From the NCBI RefSeq assembly GCF_009914755.1, contig NC_060925.1: a DNA stretch of 64,000 nt. One strand, written 5' to 3'. Below are positions 23,130 to 39,418 of this stretch, in pieces. A program made the translations under genes and the position numbers. How positions within the stretch are numbered: position 1 is the stretch's first letter; every line of letters starts with the position of its first letter. The DNA comes from the human T2T-CHM13v2.0 reference genome, Homo sapiens. The notes below the pieces were generated by a model, which saw only the letters and a program-made list of their open reading frames with translations, ran no database searches and was not told where the DNA came from.

Positions 23130-23500
23130 TTTATAGTCATTCATTCACACTACAAACGTTTGGTAGCATGTATTACACGTAAGGCATCGTTCTAGGCACC
23201 ACAGTCACAGCAGCGAACAAGAAAAAACCCCTGCTGCCATAAGTGTATTTTTTAATGCAAAGCAACAGTCAAATAAACAAATACATAGGTAATGTGTCAG
23301 GTGGGACAGGTGTGATAAAGGAAAATATGGGAGAAGGGACAGAGAATAACAGGGGGGATGGGGCCTGTTTTATATGAGGTAATCACAGAAGACCTCTCTG
23401 AGAAACAGACATTTGAACAACACTTGATGTGGTTATTTGGGAAGAAAGGGTTTTAGGCAGATGAAGTAAAAAGTACAAAGGTCAAGCAAGGGAACAAGCT
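23130..23500 (-). mobile_element. LINE-2 3' fragment
   Basis: tcattcattca tail then ctaggcac...gaacaag, ggaagacctctctgag-type L2 motifs. Confidence 0.6.
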
Positions 23501-23722
23501 TGAAGTTTTGCTTTTTCTCAAAGGATTTGTTTGTCTTATCAATGTTGCTTCATTTCACCCTCTTAAAAACCTTGTGCAGAGGATAAGACAGATATTGTCC
23601 CATCATATGGATAAGGAAGTTGAAGTTGAAAGGTTGGGTAACTAAACCAGGTAAATGAGAAAGCCAAGAGTGAAATGATTCTGGAATATCTCCTGACTCT
23701 AAAATTCACACTTTTTTGACTA

Positions 23723-24034
<312 letters not shown>

Positions 24035-24333
24035 TTAGCAGGCCAGAGACAAAAGGAAATTAACCCAGACAATCACAATTTCCCTTGGAGCACATTTTAT
24101 ACTGCTGTTCACAAACAATATCTGCCAAGTAGAAATGCAATTAGAAACTCACCCTGATTGAAGTTTTCTACTTATTTGTAAACAAGTCTTACTGATTAGG
24201 CTAACTGCTTCCTGACTACAATTCAATAATGAGCACTCCCTGAATGTTCCTGTTTTTAAGACTAAAAGAGATTGTTGAAGTAAATTACTCTTTGTCAGAT
24301 AGCTACAATAAAATCTTAAAATCTTCTGGTTTT

Positions 24334-24630
24334 GGCCGGGCATGGTAGCTCACGCCTGTAATCCCAGCACTTTGGAGGTCAAGGCAGAAAGACAGCTTGG
24401 GCCTAGGATCTTGAGACCAGCCTAGGCAACACCGTGAAACTCTGTCTCTACAAATAATAAAAAAAATTAGCCAGGCATGGTGGCACACACCTGTGTTCCC
24501 AGCTACTAGGGAGGTTATAGTGGGTAGATCACTGAGCATGGGAAGTTGAGGCTGAATGAGCTGTGCCCATACCACTGTACTCCAGCCTGGGTAACAGAGC
24601 AAGAACCCATCTCAAAAGAAAAAAGAAAAC
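24334..24630 (+). mobile_element. AluJ-like
   Basis: Alu dimer; TSD ttctggtttt. Confidence 0.88.
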
Positions 24631-24808
24631 AATTCTGGTTTTAATGGAATGCATCTTCCCTGCCTTATACACTGAGACTTTTCACTTACCTAGAGGAAAT
24701 GTTTTCAGAAAGTATTCTGTTACCAATAGGAACCAACTTAAAATGAATTTTCTGTATTTTTAAAGTGATATTCAACTGTGGTCTCACTATACAATAGTGA
24801 CTCCTTCA

Positions 24809-25006
<198 letters not shown>

Positions 25007-25786
25007 CTAGAGGAAGAACAAGATCCATCACCAGGGTCAAGAAGATTCCTCCCCGAATTTCATTATCCCTAACACACACTGTACGGAAGCAACATGCTTA
25101 ATATTCCACAGAACACTGCATCTCCACACACCCTGCATGGTGGGAACTGGAGGCAAAGCACTTGGAGGCACTGTTCATACTACACACTTCACAGGCACAG
25201 TGACCAGGATACCATGCTGTAAACTCAGCCCTAGCATTGGCATGGTTGAAACAGTCATTTTGATTCATTTCATTAGGAATAAGTTACTTCAGAAAAGTAA
25301 CTTTTTTCCTTGACTAAAAGCATACCCTGCAGGATGCCACTTCAGCCATTTTTAATGGAACTCTTTCTGCAATGTATTATGTAACTTTTTTAAGATTGTA
25401 TTTCAACATCATGATTATCTTAGTGATAGCTAGCATTTAATGACCACGTTAACTGCCAAACACTGTGAACACTACATATATCATTTATGATTGCCATCCT
25501 CTCTTCTTGTCATAGGGTCATCATTACCAACAGCAGGATATGGTATTTTGGTATAATATAGGAATGCCTTTAGGGGTGACTTGGATGGACAAGGCTGCTT
25601 TCACCTGCATGACATCGTACAATATATTCTCTCCTTTATGTTTTTCATGCTGACTTTTTTACATAGTTTTTATACTAGGGTATAGTTAATTATAATAACA
25701 TTTCAGCAAACACATACTTATTTCTTGACAAATCATCCTAAGAGAACAAAACGATGCCAGCATCATTTTTTTGTTTGTTTGTTTTA

Positions 25787-26035
<249 letters not shown>

Positions 26036-28317
26036 TTAATGCTATTCAAATCAATAACAAAAGTGGACAGGAGAACAGCCTATATTCTAAATGGGCTAAG
26101 TCCATATGAAGGAAGGTATTTCATTTCCCATCCCACTGACACTGAAGAATGTGGGTTCTACATGGGGATCCCATGTGTTTACTTTTCCAAGGGGAGAGCA
26201 TGGCTTAAAACCCTTTGGTTCATCCCTAGATGGTTTGTGAATCTCTGCTGGATTCTTCCATTCATTCCTCATTCATTTATTCCCAACTATCCCTCAGCGC
26301 AAATCTCACTGACATTAAGATCATCTAATAAAATCCGTACTTTTTTATTCCAAACACACTTTTAATATTCAGCTTGGCAAATCTATGAGAAAATGAAGAA
26401 TCACAAAAATAATCCCTTGGATTTACAATATTCTTTACAGATCTCATCAAGCGTCTTTGTCATGATCCTCACCACAATCCTGGTATAACTAATCCTACTT
26501 TTGAAAGGGAAAACTGAGGCTTAGGCAGAAATTAAGGGACTCTGTAATTCTCACTGGAAGAGGCAGGATTTTCTGATTCTAAGGCCAGTGTGCTCTTTTC
26601 AGTATATAATTGGGTCTCTAGAAGGGTGGAGAGATTAACAGGCTAGCAAATAATAACTGTGGTAATAATAACAATGAAGACAATAGTGTCATCTTGAATA
26701 GCACTTCATGCTATCAGATCACTTTCACAACTATAATCGTGTCTGATTTTTCCAACTGTGTAAAAGAGTAAAGTAGGCATTAATAGGACCATTTTACAGA
26801 TGAGAACAAAAAGGCTCAATGAGGTTGAGTGATCTGCCAAGATCATGAATCAAGTGATTAAGAAAAGTCAGGACCAGCCAAGACTAGCAACCACAGATAG
26901 GTAAGATAATGATTGAATCGGGAAGCATATTTAGTAGCACATGTTACCAAATAATATATTTTCACAATATTTGTGAAATCCATTATAAGTATGTTTTCCC
27001 TAGAGAGTATGAAAGCAAAACATTTTCATTCTCAAGAGATCAATTGCTTCACACTTGTACCCAAATCTAACCAGCTGTAATTCTAATTGGCATTTGCTAA
27101 TTAAATCAGCAGGGGGCTTTCAATGAGGCACTCTATCAACAAGTAGAAAAAAATAGAGCTGAGAAGTGTCAAATATGATCAACATATGTAGCTTCATACT
27201 GCATGCAATTCTCAACTTCCAAACATGCTTTTTAAAAAAATGCTGGCATTTAAGATAAAGCAACCCTGTTTTTTATTTAATTCTGATTGGGGCCACGTTA
27301 GTTACTAGTCTTTCCTATCCACTTATATTCTTTGTAATCATACTTCCTATCTTCACTCTGCCATCACAAGCCTAGACCCGCGTCTCTATCCTACCAGGAG
27401 AATCATTTACCACAGAGCGGACCTATATCCATTCATCGAAGAGAAAATTCCAAAGTGTAATACAACTGGGGATTTTTTCTGGCAGTTGGACTGTCTAAAT
27501 AAAGTAAAATTATTTTAGGCAGTTGGATTGACTGAGAAATATAATTATCTTTCTGGAAAAGAGTGTGACTTTATTTTGTTCTAGTAAACGTTAGGAAAAT
27601 AAGCTGAAATTATCTAGATCAGTACAGAACTGAGTGTGTTGCTACTTAATATAATCAATTATAACTTAAAAATATGATCACATGCATCTATTTCTTCTCT
27701 CACTTGAAACCACAAAGTGACAGTTAAAGGAATTTTAAAAAAGATCTATGAGGCAATGGTGGATGAAAAAGTTCAAGAACCTTTTGGAAAATGCAAAGTT
27801 GCTGGAGGGATAATGACAGATTAAGAAGAGACATGGAAACAAAACACAGGTGCCTAGCCAAGGGCTCATTAGGAGTCTAGAGACCCTCTCAATCCCCCAA
27901 GAGCTTAGGACTTACAAGTACAGAGTACTGCAAAGGGGGGAATTGAGAGAAGATCTGCACCCCAAAGAGCAGGAGTGCCATGAGCCCTTGACTCACCCCG
28001 CCTTTTCAGTTTCAGCAACCAGGTGAACTCCATTCTCACCTCTCCCAGGGAAAATACTAGAAGATTGGTCTCTGGAGAAAATGGGTTGCCCAGTGAAAAG
28101 ACATCAAATATGGATCAGAGAAGGTGCCCTCCATGTAAAAGCTGACTCACCAACCAGGAATAAGTCCCCAGGGCCCATGCCAGAGCTGCCCTCAGCTTTG
28201 TGGCACTTCATCAGCACATGTGATCAGACAGCCAGGGAATACCAGACGGTTGGGGAAACTATCGATGAGAACAAGAGATCCCCAAACGAATTTTCCTTTT
28301 TAGAAAAAGAGGTACCA

Positions 28318-28530
28318 TGGTGACTATAGCTAATGATGACATATTGTATTCCTGAGAAATACTAGGAGAGTGGACGTTAAGTGTTCTCACCACAAATATA
28401 TAACCATATGAAGTGATGTATGTTCATTAGCTAGATTTAATGATTCCACAATGTACATGTGCTTCAAGAAATCATGTTGTACATGATAAATACAATTTTA
28501 TCTGCCAATTTCAATAAATAAATAAATAAA
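28318..28530 (+). mobile_element. L1MA-type 3' end with (TAAA)n tail, within degraded L1-like sequence (~27.7-29.7 kb)
   Basis: ggtgactatagctaat...gttctcaccaca...cattagctagatttaa...catgttgtaca typical of L1MA8-10 3' UTR. Confidence 0.72.
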
Positions 28531-29972
28531 TATATATTTTTTTAAAGAAGTAGAAGTAAAAGTCAATGCAATGGGAAGAGAAATACTTTTTAAAAAGATG
28601 TAATATTCTCCCTGGAATACATATTAAAAAGCCATAATAAATGTCCCCAGAGAAGACAGTATGTCCTTGAAATGAGAACAGAGTTACAATTAAAACAATA
28701 AGCAGAGAACAAGAAAGAGTTCTTGAAGAATACAAACAAGATATTTTTATAAAGAATTTCGAAGATAAAACATAAAATCAAAAAGCAGTTTCCTGTAAAA
28801 CAATGCCAGCTGCCCAAATTCCAACTTTTCCACCTATCCCACAAAAACTATACAGATCAACAAGGACAACAAAACCACCCCAATCCATGCCTACTACATT
28901 AGGAGTCAGAAAATACTACACACTTCAACTTATGGAAGTTAAGAGAAATGAACCCCCAAAACCAGCTCCAAAGCCCACACTAGAGTAGACAGTCAGGCAG
29001 AGACTATGCAGTGGAGAGGGCAGGAGGGTTCCAGAAAGGTCAGACAGATAAAAGTTACCCACAAAAGACAGTCCCATTCCAAGTGGGAAAATAATGAGGA
29101 TAGGTCTGAGTGGATCAGAGCAGTGGCTACTAAGGAACTGAACAGAAGGGAAGGTATGAAAATACATGCAGCCAGGAATTAGGGAAGGCATTGCTTCTGG
29201 CAGGGAGAGAGACAACTTAGAAGTGGGAAGACATCCTTTGACAAGTTTGTGGCACAGAGAGAAAGCGAGCGATGGAAATTCACGGTCCTATAGAAACAAA
29301 AGAGAACTACAAAAGCAGAAATCATGCCACTACCACTACCCAAAATAAAAAGGAGCTACCATCTAGTGAAGAAACAGCACTATTGTGTATAATTAAAAGA
29401 AAGTACTGGTGAATTAAGAAGCCTAGTAAGACTCCCAAACCTCTCACCCCAGTCCATATTGAATCTCTGCTGCAGCTGGTACAGAAAAATAAGTCATTTC
29501 AAAATAACTACAAGATGCCAGGGAATACCTTTACAAAGCTACCATGTGAAAAATTACTTCAAATCGGAAATTTAAGTGCTCAGAATAGAAAAGAACAAAA
29601 TGACAAATGCTGACCAAATTCAGGAAAGAAAATTAAGAGAAAGACAAAACCATCTCCTACATCTCATGGATTACAGAAATTAAATGGAAAAAGCACATGA
29701 CAAAGTCCGCACTGTTGATGAACGCAAAATAAATGCTTAATGTTAGCTGCAATTTTAAAAACAAGTAATTCTACTGTTTAGAAGAGGAATCGCTATGTGC
29801 AAAGCATCATACCAAGGATGGTAGGCTTTACTAATAAAGAAGAAGATGTTTGCAACCAAGGGAGAAAAGGTACAAATTCAAAGCCTTAAGATTGATACTA
29901 TCATAAACATTAATACTATGATTTTGGTTCACAGTTCAGCTACAAGGGAAGAGCCACACAAATTTCCAGTTA

Positions 29973-30377
<405 letters not shown>

Positions 30378-31812
30378 CTAAGTGGATTAACGACACCAGG
30401 CACAGTCCTTCTCTAATGAACAGGCAGCCTTTCTGCTCTCCCCATCATAGATAGTAACAGCCAGGGCCATTTAATAGTTGGATGATGGGTAAGCAGAGAG
30501 GTGATAAATGATTATCAGAGGTATTGACTTTGACAATTCTGCATAAAAACAAAACAAAAAAAATGTATAAGCCTCCAATTTTTTTGAAGAATAATATTAA
30601 CTTCCTGCATTTTCTACAGCACCTCTCACTGACTTTTTCATAAGCATTCCCAGCAGCCACTTGAGATCAGAGACCCTGTTAGCTACTTTCCAACCTCTCC
30701 ACTGCCAGACTCCTTAGAAAGGGAAGGCTACACTAGCAACTTTACCTCTATCATGAACTGACTCCTTTTCTTTGGCAATTTGTTTTCCTAACACAGTGGT
30801 CTATCGAAACCACCTTGGCAAAGATCAGTAACAACTTCTGACCACCAGACCCGAAGGCCTTTTCTCAGTTTGAATTTTTCTGGATGTTCCTCTGGCATTG
30901 CACTATCCTGCTTCTCTTCTCTCGTCCCTCTCTGGAGTACTCTCAGCCTATTCCCTATGGCTGTAGGAACCATGCAGAAAGCACAGATAATTTTTCCTGG
31001 CTTTCACTTGCTACTTCCAACTTTGCACCTCCGTAAGCACTAATTCTGAGATCCTGACCCAAGGTGGATTCAAACCTTGGGCCCTTGTTCTCATCTTGCC
31101 CTTTTAGACTGGGTTATCTCCAGATCGTCTATTTTGTGAGTAACTTGGAAATGTTAAGGTATTCTGTAACAGCTTGAAGAAACAATAGACAGCTCACTTA
31201 AGCATGAATGTACCTAGATATATTATATTTACCCTCCATACACATAACCAGGATGACTGGCTTTGGCAGCTGGTACCAAGAATAGTAGGAAGCCAACTAT
31301 TTATGATAAGAATTGGTCCATACTGGGACCCTCCCTTTCACCCCCTTGTACTTATGCTCACCTCCTGGCTCTCCCTTGTTATTGCTCACTTGCAATGTGT
31401 CTTAGTCATTAAGAAAATTACATGTGTTTTTATGAGAAGCTGTATATTACAGTAATTAAGGGCATGTGCTCGGAGGTTAGAGAGTGCTTGGATTGGAATC
31501 CTAAATCTGAATAACCTTGGGCAAATTACTTAAGATGGGGATAAAGATAGTGTCTATCTCATCCTGCTGTTATTCTTATTTACTGAAACAACTGGAAAAG
31601 AGCACCTCAGACAACACTCAGCACACAGTATCCAATAAGTGTTCACTACACCTGCATCTGCCTGCCTGTTTCTACTGTGTCCTCCCTGCAGGATAAAAAA
31701 CCTGTTTCCTTCTTTCAGGACTTCAGAACTCCATACCTACTGCTTAGATTTACCAAATCAGAACCACATCTTTTACTTTTGGTTTCTTGGTATTTAAAAA
31801 AAAAAAAAAATC

Positions 31813-32360
<548 letters not shown>

Positions 32361-34082
32361 CTACATCTTTCACAGTGATGTGTCCAGCAGCCCACGTCAC
32401 AAGATACCCCTCATTGGACCCCTGGCGCTCCCTCCACTGGGAGAGTGCAAACAACCTATGACATCCTTCCTCCTCTAACAAGAGAATGCGGGCCTTGTGA
32501 GGCTCTGTCATTTACCCCTTCACTATGCCCAGCAGTGACCTTCTCTCTCTTAAGGTTCTATGGATAATTTTTCTGTGGAAAACTGCATTTAAGGGTATCT
32601 ACAGCGTACCTCTACCTCTCTCTCAAGCTTTCATCTCACATTTATAATTGTCTCTTAGTGTGAAAACAAAATGTACAGCCTGCCCTAGCACCATTATGGT
32701 TAATTAAGCATGCATGTGACACAGTCAGCAACACAAGGAAAGTCAGAAAAAGAAAAAAGCCACACCTACCCCCTAAGATAAACAAAGAACAAACCCAGTG
32801 TTACTCTTTCTAGTTCTAGTCCCAAGATTAATAAAACCTTGAGCCTTTCCTGTAATTACTAACTCCCTAACAAAAACAACAGGATCCCTGTCTTTTGCAA
32901 CACTGATATGTAAAGATATGCACTGGCCTTTGCAGATACAGTAACCATGTAAGAAAACTGCTGTTTTTTCAGACTAATTACAAACTTAGTAACTCTGCTT
33001 CTAATATTGTGTCACTTTTTCTCTCTTAAACACTTATGTTTTTTGATGGACTAGTCCTTTCCAATCCTAGTCCATCTTGCAAACTTTTACAAATAAAATT
33101 CTTTCCTTTTGTCTGAGTCTGCCTCTAACAATAGTTTGTTTATATTGTATTTTTACTGCACACTCTGACTAAAGCCTAAATTCTCTTTATCTTCCTAAAA
33201 CTCTGCCCTACTTCTTATTTTCCTTTCTTCTCTCCTCATCATAGGGGCCTAAAACCTCACAGCCATCTTTGAATTTTCTATCTCCCTACTGTTGAGACCC
33301 AACTCTAAACAGTAGCCAACTCCTGTCCTTCCTTCTTTTGCAATGTTTCTCACACCAGACTCTCCCACTGATGCTGCCCTTGACAGACATTTATTACTCC
33401 CTTCATACCTGCATCTTTCTAGTATCCTAGGAGTTGGTCTCTTTGCATCCAGCCCCTCATCCTTAGGGCAAAAACAAAGCATCCAGGAAATATTATGAGT
33501 TTTAATTTTAACCCAAGGGCTGCTACAGAGTAACTCTAAGTCCTCTTCCAAAAGAGAGCTCTAAAATCTTCCAATCCAGTGTCTGTCTCCCATCCAGTAC
33601 TCCCTTCTTTAAATAAATTACCTCTAGTTCTTTCACCCATTTTTTCTAAGGCACAATTATGAATTCCTGATCTCATTCGCCCTCTTCTGAGTATGAAGTA
33701 ATGTAAGTCACTGATCAAAGGCTCTGGGACTAAGGTGGAAGTACAGAATTAATTGTTATTGAGTTCTTTATTTTAACTAATTCTCTTAACAGCCCTCTGA
33801 GCTAACCTGTGGTGTCTTTATTTTTAGAAATGCAAAAAGAGTAGATCTAAGAAGTTAAGAAAGCCGCTCAAACCCAAACAGCCAAGAAGTGATGAGGCTT
33901 GGAACTAATCCTTACTTCCTACAGACCCTGCACACAGCCAGCACTGTGGCAGGTGTGAGGGAGGCCAAGGAACAAATGTGTAGCTGGGGAGAGTGGCTGG
34001 TGAGTGCTGGTTCTTTTCATTTACATTCTCCTCCACAAAGGGTATTGGTATATTCCAAAGTGAAGAACAGTATATCATATCA

Positions 34083-34250
<168 letters not shown>

Positions 34251-34877
34251 TCAAACAAGGGTAGTGTGCTATAAGGGTGTGCAAAGCTGGGCAAAAGTAT
34301 GCAAGGTAAATACATCTAAAAGCAAACAAAACCAAATACCATATTCAGGGTACAATGAAAGGGAGATTGGTTCATTTGGTCCTGAGCACTTGTTAGAGAG
34401 AACTCGCCTGAAATTCTCTCTGAACCATTCCAGACAGTCAAAGAAAGAATGATGGGGTAACCATGACTGGGATTCCTTATCTGTAGCCAAGGAAAATATC
34501 TGGAAGATCAAATTATCCTCAGATCAAAGGGCAACATCTATCTTTCTTTTTTTTTTTTTTTTTTAGCTTAGCTCCATAGCCCCATAACCCCATTTTTTAA
34601 CTGAGTCAGACCCTAACTCAAGAAGGATGAGTTAAATGACTTCTAAAGTTTCCTTCTAATCCTTTCACAGTTTGATTTGACTCCTTCTAATAAAGTCAGT
34701 CTGGACTGATAATGTGACCCACCCAATACTACCCTAGGAGTCAATAGCACAGATGAGCTAAAACCTGGTGGTCTCTCGGCTCCCAGTGTGGGACTGTCAC
34801 CAGGACTATATTCTTCACCTTTTTCACAACCCAGAACTGCTGCTGGGCAAGCCAAGGAAGCAGAAAAAAATCACTTA

Positions 34878-35042
<165 letters not shown>

Positions 35043-36019
35043 CTAGAAAATAAGCACAAGGCTAGAGTGGGTCAGACTGATAAACTGAAATCAGTCAAAA
35101 CAATTGGCTTCATCCTTCAAATGGACCCACACCCCTAACTCCAAAGCCTTGTTCCAGCGGTGAGAAGTGCTACCTGACCTCTTATTGCCTGATGGGAAAA
35201 TTTTTATTACTGAATGGAACAGAATGAGCGGAGCAGGGGCAAGTGGCCAAGGTGGATACTTAAGTCAGTGCCATGGAGCCACTTTATCTCTTCTGCTTAA
35301 AAACCTTGATTAGATTTTGATTAGAGTAGTCTGAGGAAAAGGACACATGCTCTTTCAGAAAACAGATCTAAATATGAGAGGTCTGCAATGCGCACTGTCA
35401 AGAGAAGAGTGCCGAATGTCGCTTGCAAGTTACAACTAGGTAGCAAGATCTCTGATAAAAAGTTAATGAGAAGAGTGGATGATATTATACTCCTGAGCAG
35501 AGTGGGAAACCTCCTCCCTCTGATTAGAGAAAACTCCAGTGAGTCTTTTTTGTACTGGTTTCCACATTAATCAAAAAGAAAGTAACAAAACCAACGGCAA
35601 GACAAGAACACTCTTGTCATTTACTCTGAGTGTTCTGAGGCTTGCTCAGAACACTCTTGCTGGTCTTTCTTCAGTGCTGCAGGAAGAGAGCTGAGGAGGT
35701 ACCTTGAGTTACAGGAATTAATTAAGAGAACCGTGAAGGTACATTGCAGCCTTCTCTTTGATTAATGTGAAAACAAGTACAAAACAGACTCCCTCTTGCC
35801 AGGGTCGTTAGAGCTGGTTGCTGAAACAAGCAAGCCTGAAAGGGCTTGTTCCATAAACCTGAATTAAGGACTAACTTTTAAGAAGGACTACTGACCATAA
35901 GCTGGATCTCCAGACAAATCAGGCAGGAATATTCTAATTAAAGTCTTCGTATCAAGTTGAAGTTGGAACAAGGAGGTAACCATGACCGATTACTGAGAGA
36001 TGCTAAATTATACCTAATA

Positions 36020-36270
36020 ATAATGATAATGACACTTACGCTGTGCTTACTACTTGCCAGGCATTATTCTAAGCACTCTCTCTATATTAACTCCTTTAAC
36101 CCTCACAACAACCCTGTCGGGAAGTTGAGTAGTTGCTACGATTTTCCCCACTTTATAGATGTTGAAAGGGAGGGTAAGGGACTTCTCTGAAGTTGCAAGC
36201 CTAGAAGGTGAAAGAGCCAGGATTCATTCCCTTGCAGTCTTGGTCCAGAGCCCGTGCTTTTATCCACTAT
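36020..36270 (-). mobile_element. MIR
   Basis: ccaggcattattctaagcact...cctcacaacaaccct...agccaggattc MIR core. Confidence 0.7.
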
Positions 36271-36429
36271 ACTATAATACTTTTCAGGTGCTTATTTCAT
36301 TTTAAAATGTGTTCCATAAAATTATCTTCTTGAATTCATGTTGTCTAAGTGCAGCTCTTCACCGAGGGGTGAGATTTTTATAAATAAGCCACACCCACAT
36401 CCATGAATAGGAACATATTCATGAGCTAT

Positions 36430-36448
36430 CACTGCCATCTGGTGGCAA
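36430..36448 (-). promoter_or_regulatory. Candidate CTCF site in intron 12
   Basis: Minus strand TTGCCACCAGATGGCAGTG fits the CTCF core CCACYAGRKGGCRS; motif only. Confidence 0.6.
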
Positions 36449-37157
36449 CATGACTCATCACAGAAATATTTGAAATTTGGAAGGAAACCTGTTAAATAAA
36501 TGAAAATACTGCAAAACTACAACAAAACTGTGACAGCAAACACAACAGTGTTTGGAGAAGACTAATGTCCAGGACTGCTTCAGCTCCCAGATCTACTCTG
36601 AGTCCTCCAAGGAGATTAACTGAAAAGCAGAGATATCTTTTTTCCTAATTTTAGACATTTCAAACATAATGCTGCTCTCTGAATATGAGGATGATGAAAT
36701 CATTAAAGCATAAATAAAACTGTTTTCCCGGCAGTGATGATGCACTGCCTGATTCTTTCAGTTTCTCCTGAGACTAACCCTGAGGCAACTGATCACATGA
36801 GAAAATGGCTGAGACTCCATGTGCAGTCTATGATCTTGGAAGAGTGAGGCCAAATGAATCTTATGTTATTAATTTTATTAGGGAGATAAAACAAACACAG
36901 GTGAAATAATCTCCTTATAATCAAAAATTATATCTAACACTTCTTTCATATACCCTTATAGCAGCAGGCATTTAGAAAGCTTTCTAAATAAGACTGAACT
37001 CTCTTTTTAGAAAAATGTCAATCTGTCTTTAATAGAGGACACACATCTCTTTCATGTTCCTGCATGTACTCCATCAAGATTTATGTCTACAAAAATAAGA
37101 TAATGAAACTAGGATCCTATGAGTTGAAAACTAAGGTCAGCTTGCTCCAGGACCTGA

Positions 37158-37490
<333 letters not shown>

Positions 37491-38051
37491 TGATTTCAAA
37501 TTATGTAACAGTAAATGAAAGCACTCTGTAACTGGTAAAGCATTACAAATGTCGTAATATTCACGATTTAAATCATATATGGATGATGTCATAAATAATT
37601 CTAAAAAGTTGGTATTTTCAACATAATCACATTTTTTAACAACTAGATTTTTGTTAAGCTTTTCAGCACTATTCCAGAAATACTTATAGAGGAAGGACAA
37701 CTAGTAGACAAACTGTTACCTTATTTCCCAAATTCACGGTTGGGAAGAAGAGCTACTTCCACTGAATGTAAATGAAACATTCCACAAAATCACATAAATC
37801 TTTCAGGACATTCCCAGGTCAATGGTCAAAGCAGATTAGAATTACTTTCCAATAACCCCAGGTTTCAGCCTTACTTCTTTGCTGAGATGACAGTTTGGAC
37901 AGGCTGGATAGAAAACAGCACCATGCTTGATGTCCAGTACCTTGTTTTACATTCAATAGTAACCTCACCTTTCAGAGAATTAAGGAAAAAAGTGTACTAA
38001 CCGTTGGGATGTAATAGTACTCTATTATCCCTCATTTGTCTGTTTCCATCA

Positions 38052-38297
<246 letters not shown>

Positions 38298-39344
38298 CTA
38301 CTTTAAGCAAATCCCAAAGGGAAAAATTTAAATTAACAGGGACAATTATCATTTTACAAAATAACTCACCATAACATACTCCTCTGGATTTTTTAAATAT
38401 ATGCAGTTGAAGTCTTTGGCACTTATGAAGTTAATACTCAGTTTTGACTATTCTCAAGCAACCCTGAGCATCTATCCTGTGTGATAGTTTCAACTTTGCT
38501 GAGATGTAATTCTTATGTAAACAGAAGACAAGCGCTTGGAGGCAGGTGAGTGAGCCCCTTCTAACAGTCCAGCAATCTGCCTTTCAGTGAGGCTTTAGAG
38601 TTCGCCACCTGCCTCCATGCATCCGTGTGGGGAAGGGGAGCTACAGGATCAGGCTGTTTATGCATCTGGGGACCCCTCAATGGCCAGTGGCATGTGCCAA
38701 CGGCATTCTGCAAGTGTCCACTGGACCAGGTATACTGCGGAACTCAGACACCCGGTCTGAACTACTTTTTTAAATTGTAAGGTCTGGAGCTGTTCAACAT
38801 TGGGCTCAAGATCAACTCATGTTAGAGCCTTTTCTCATCATCTCACACAAATCTTATTACATATTAAACAGACTTCCCAGGTAATAACCTACATTCTTTA
38901 TTGTCTATGCAGAAAAAGTTGCTCTTACTTTTCCCCTGGCTTATTTGTTATCTCTATAATTTCAATATTCACCTTTTCACTGATCATGAGTAAGTGCTCA
39001 ACTGTTGAGGTGAATGTTACAAGACGCTAAAAGCTCTAGTCACTGAAACTTTATCACACATTTTCAAAAACATTTCCACAACATTTGCTCCATGGCCCAT
39101 AATTTTAAATCATGTAACTGATGGGAACGTGGGTGTTTATTTCTGCCCACGTGCCTGTTCTCTGCTGTCCATCCTTGCCTTCACACATCACTCTCCTCTC
39201 GCCTTTTGATTTTTTGGTTCTGAATAATGTTCTCACCCTGCTTTCCTTTGTAATATTCTCATATCCCATATTATTCTTCATGGACCTATCTGGACTGTTA
39301 AGTCTAACAGAGCCTTAGGTAATGTAGTGGCCAAAAGGTGTCAC

Positions 39345-39418
39345 CTCTGTAATCCATATAGTCTTGGAGAATATCCAACATCTGGGTCATTTGGGAGAAA
39401 AGTAAAACCCGATGGCCC
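39345..39418 (-). CDS. CHD1L: CHD1L exon 11 (74 nt; [24 protein letters not shown])
   Basis: ttgccag acceptor, GAG|gtgaca donor; helicase motif IV. Confidence 0.96.

Noticed and set aside
38510-38760. GC/CpG-richer patch in intron 11
   Set aside because: Too short for a CpG island; no recognisable RNA gene, ORF or motif cluster
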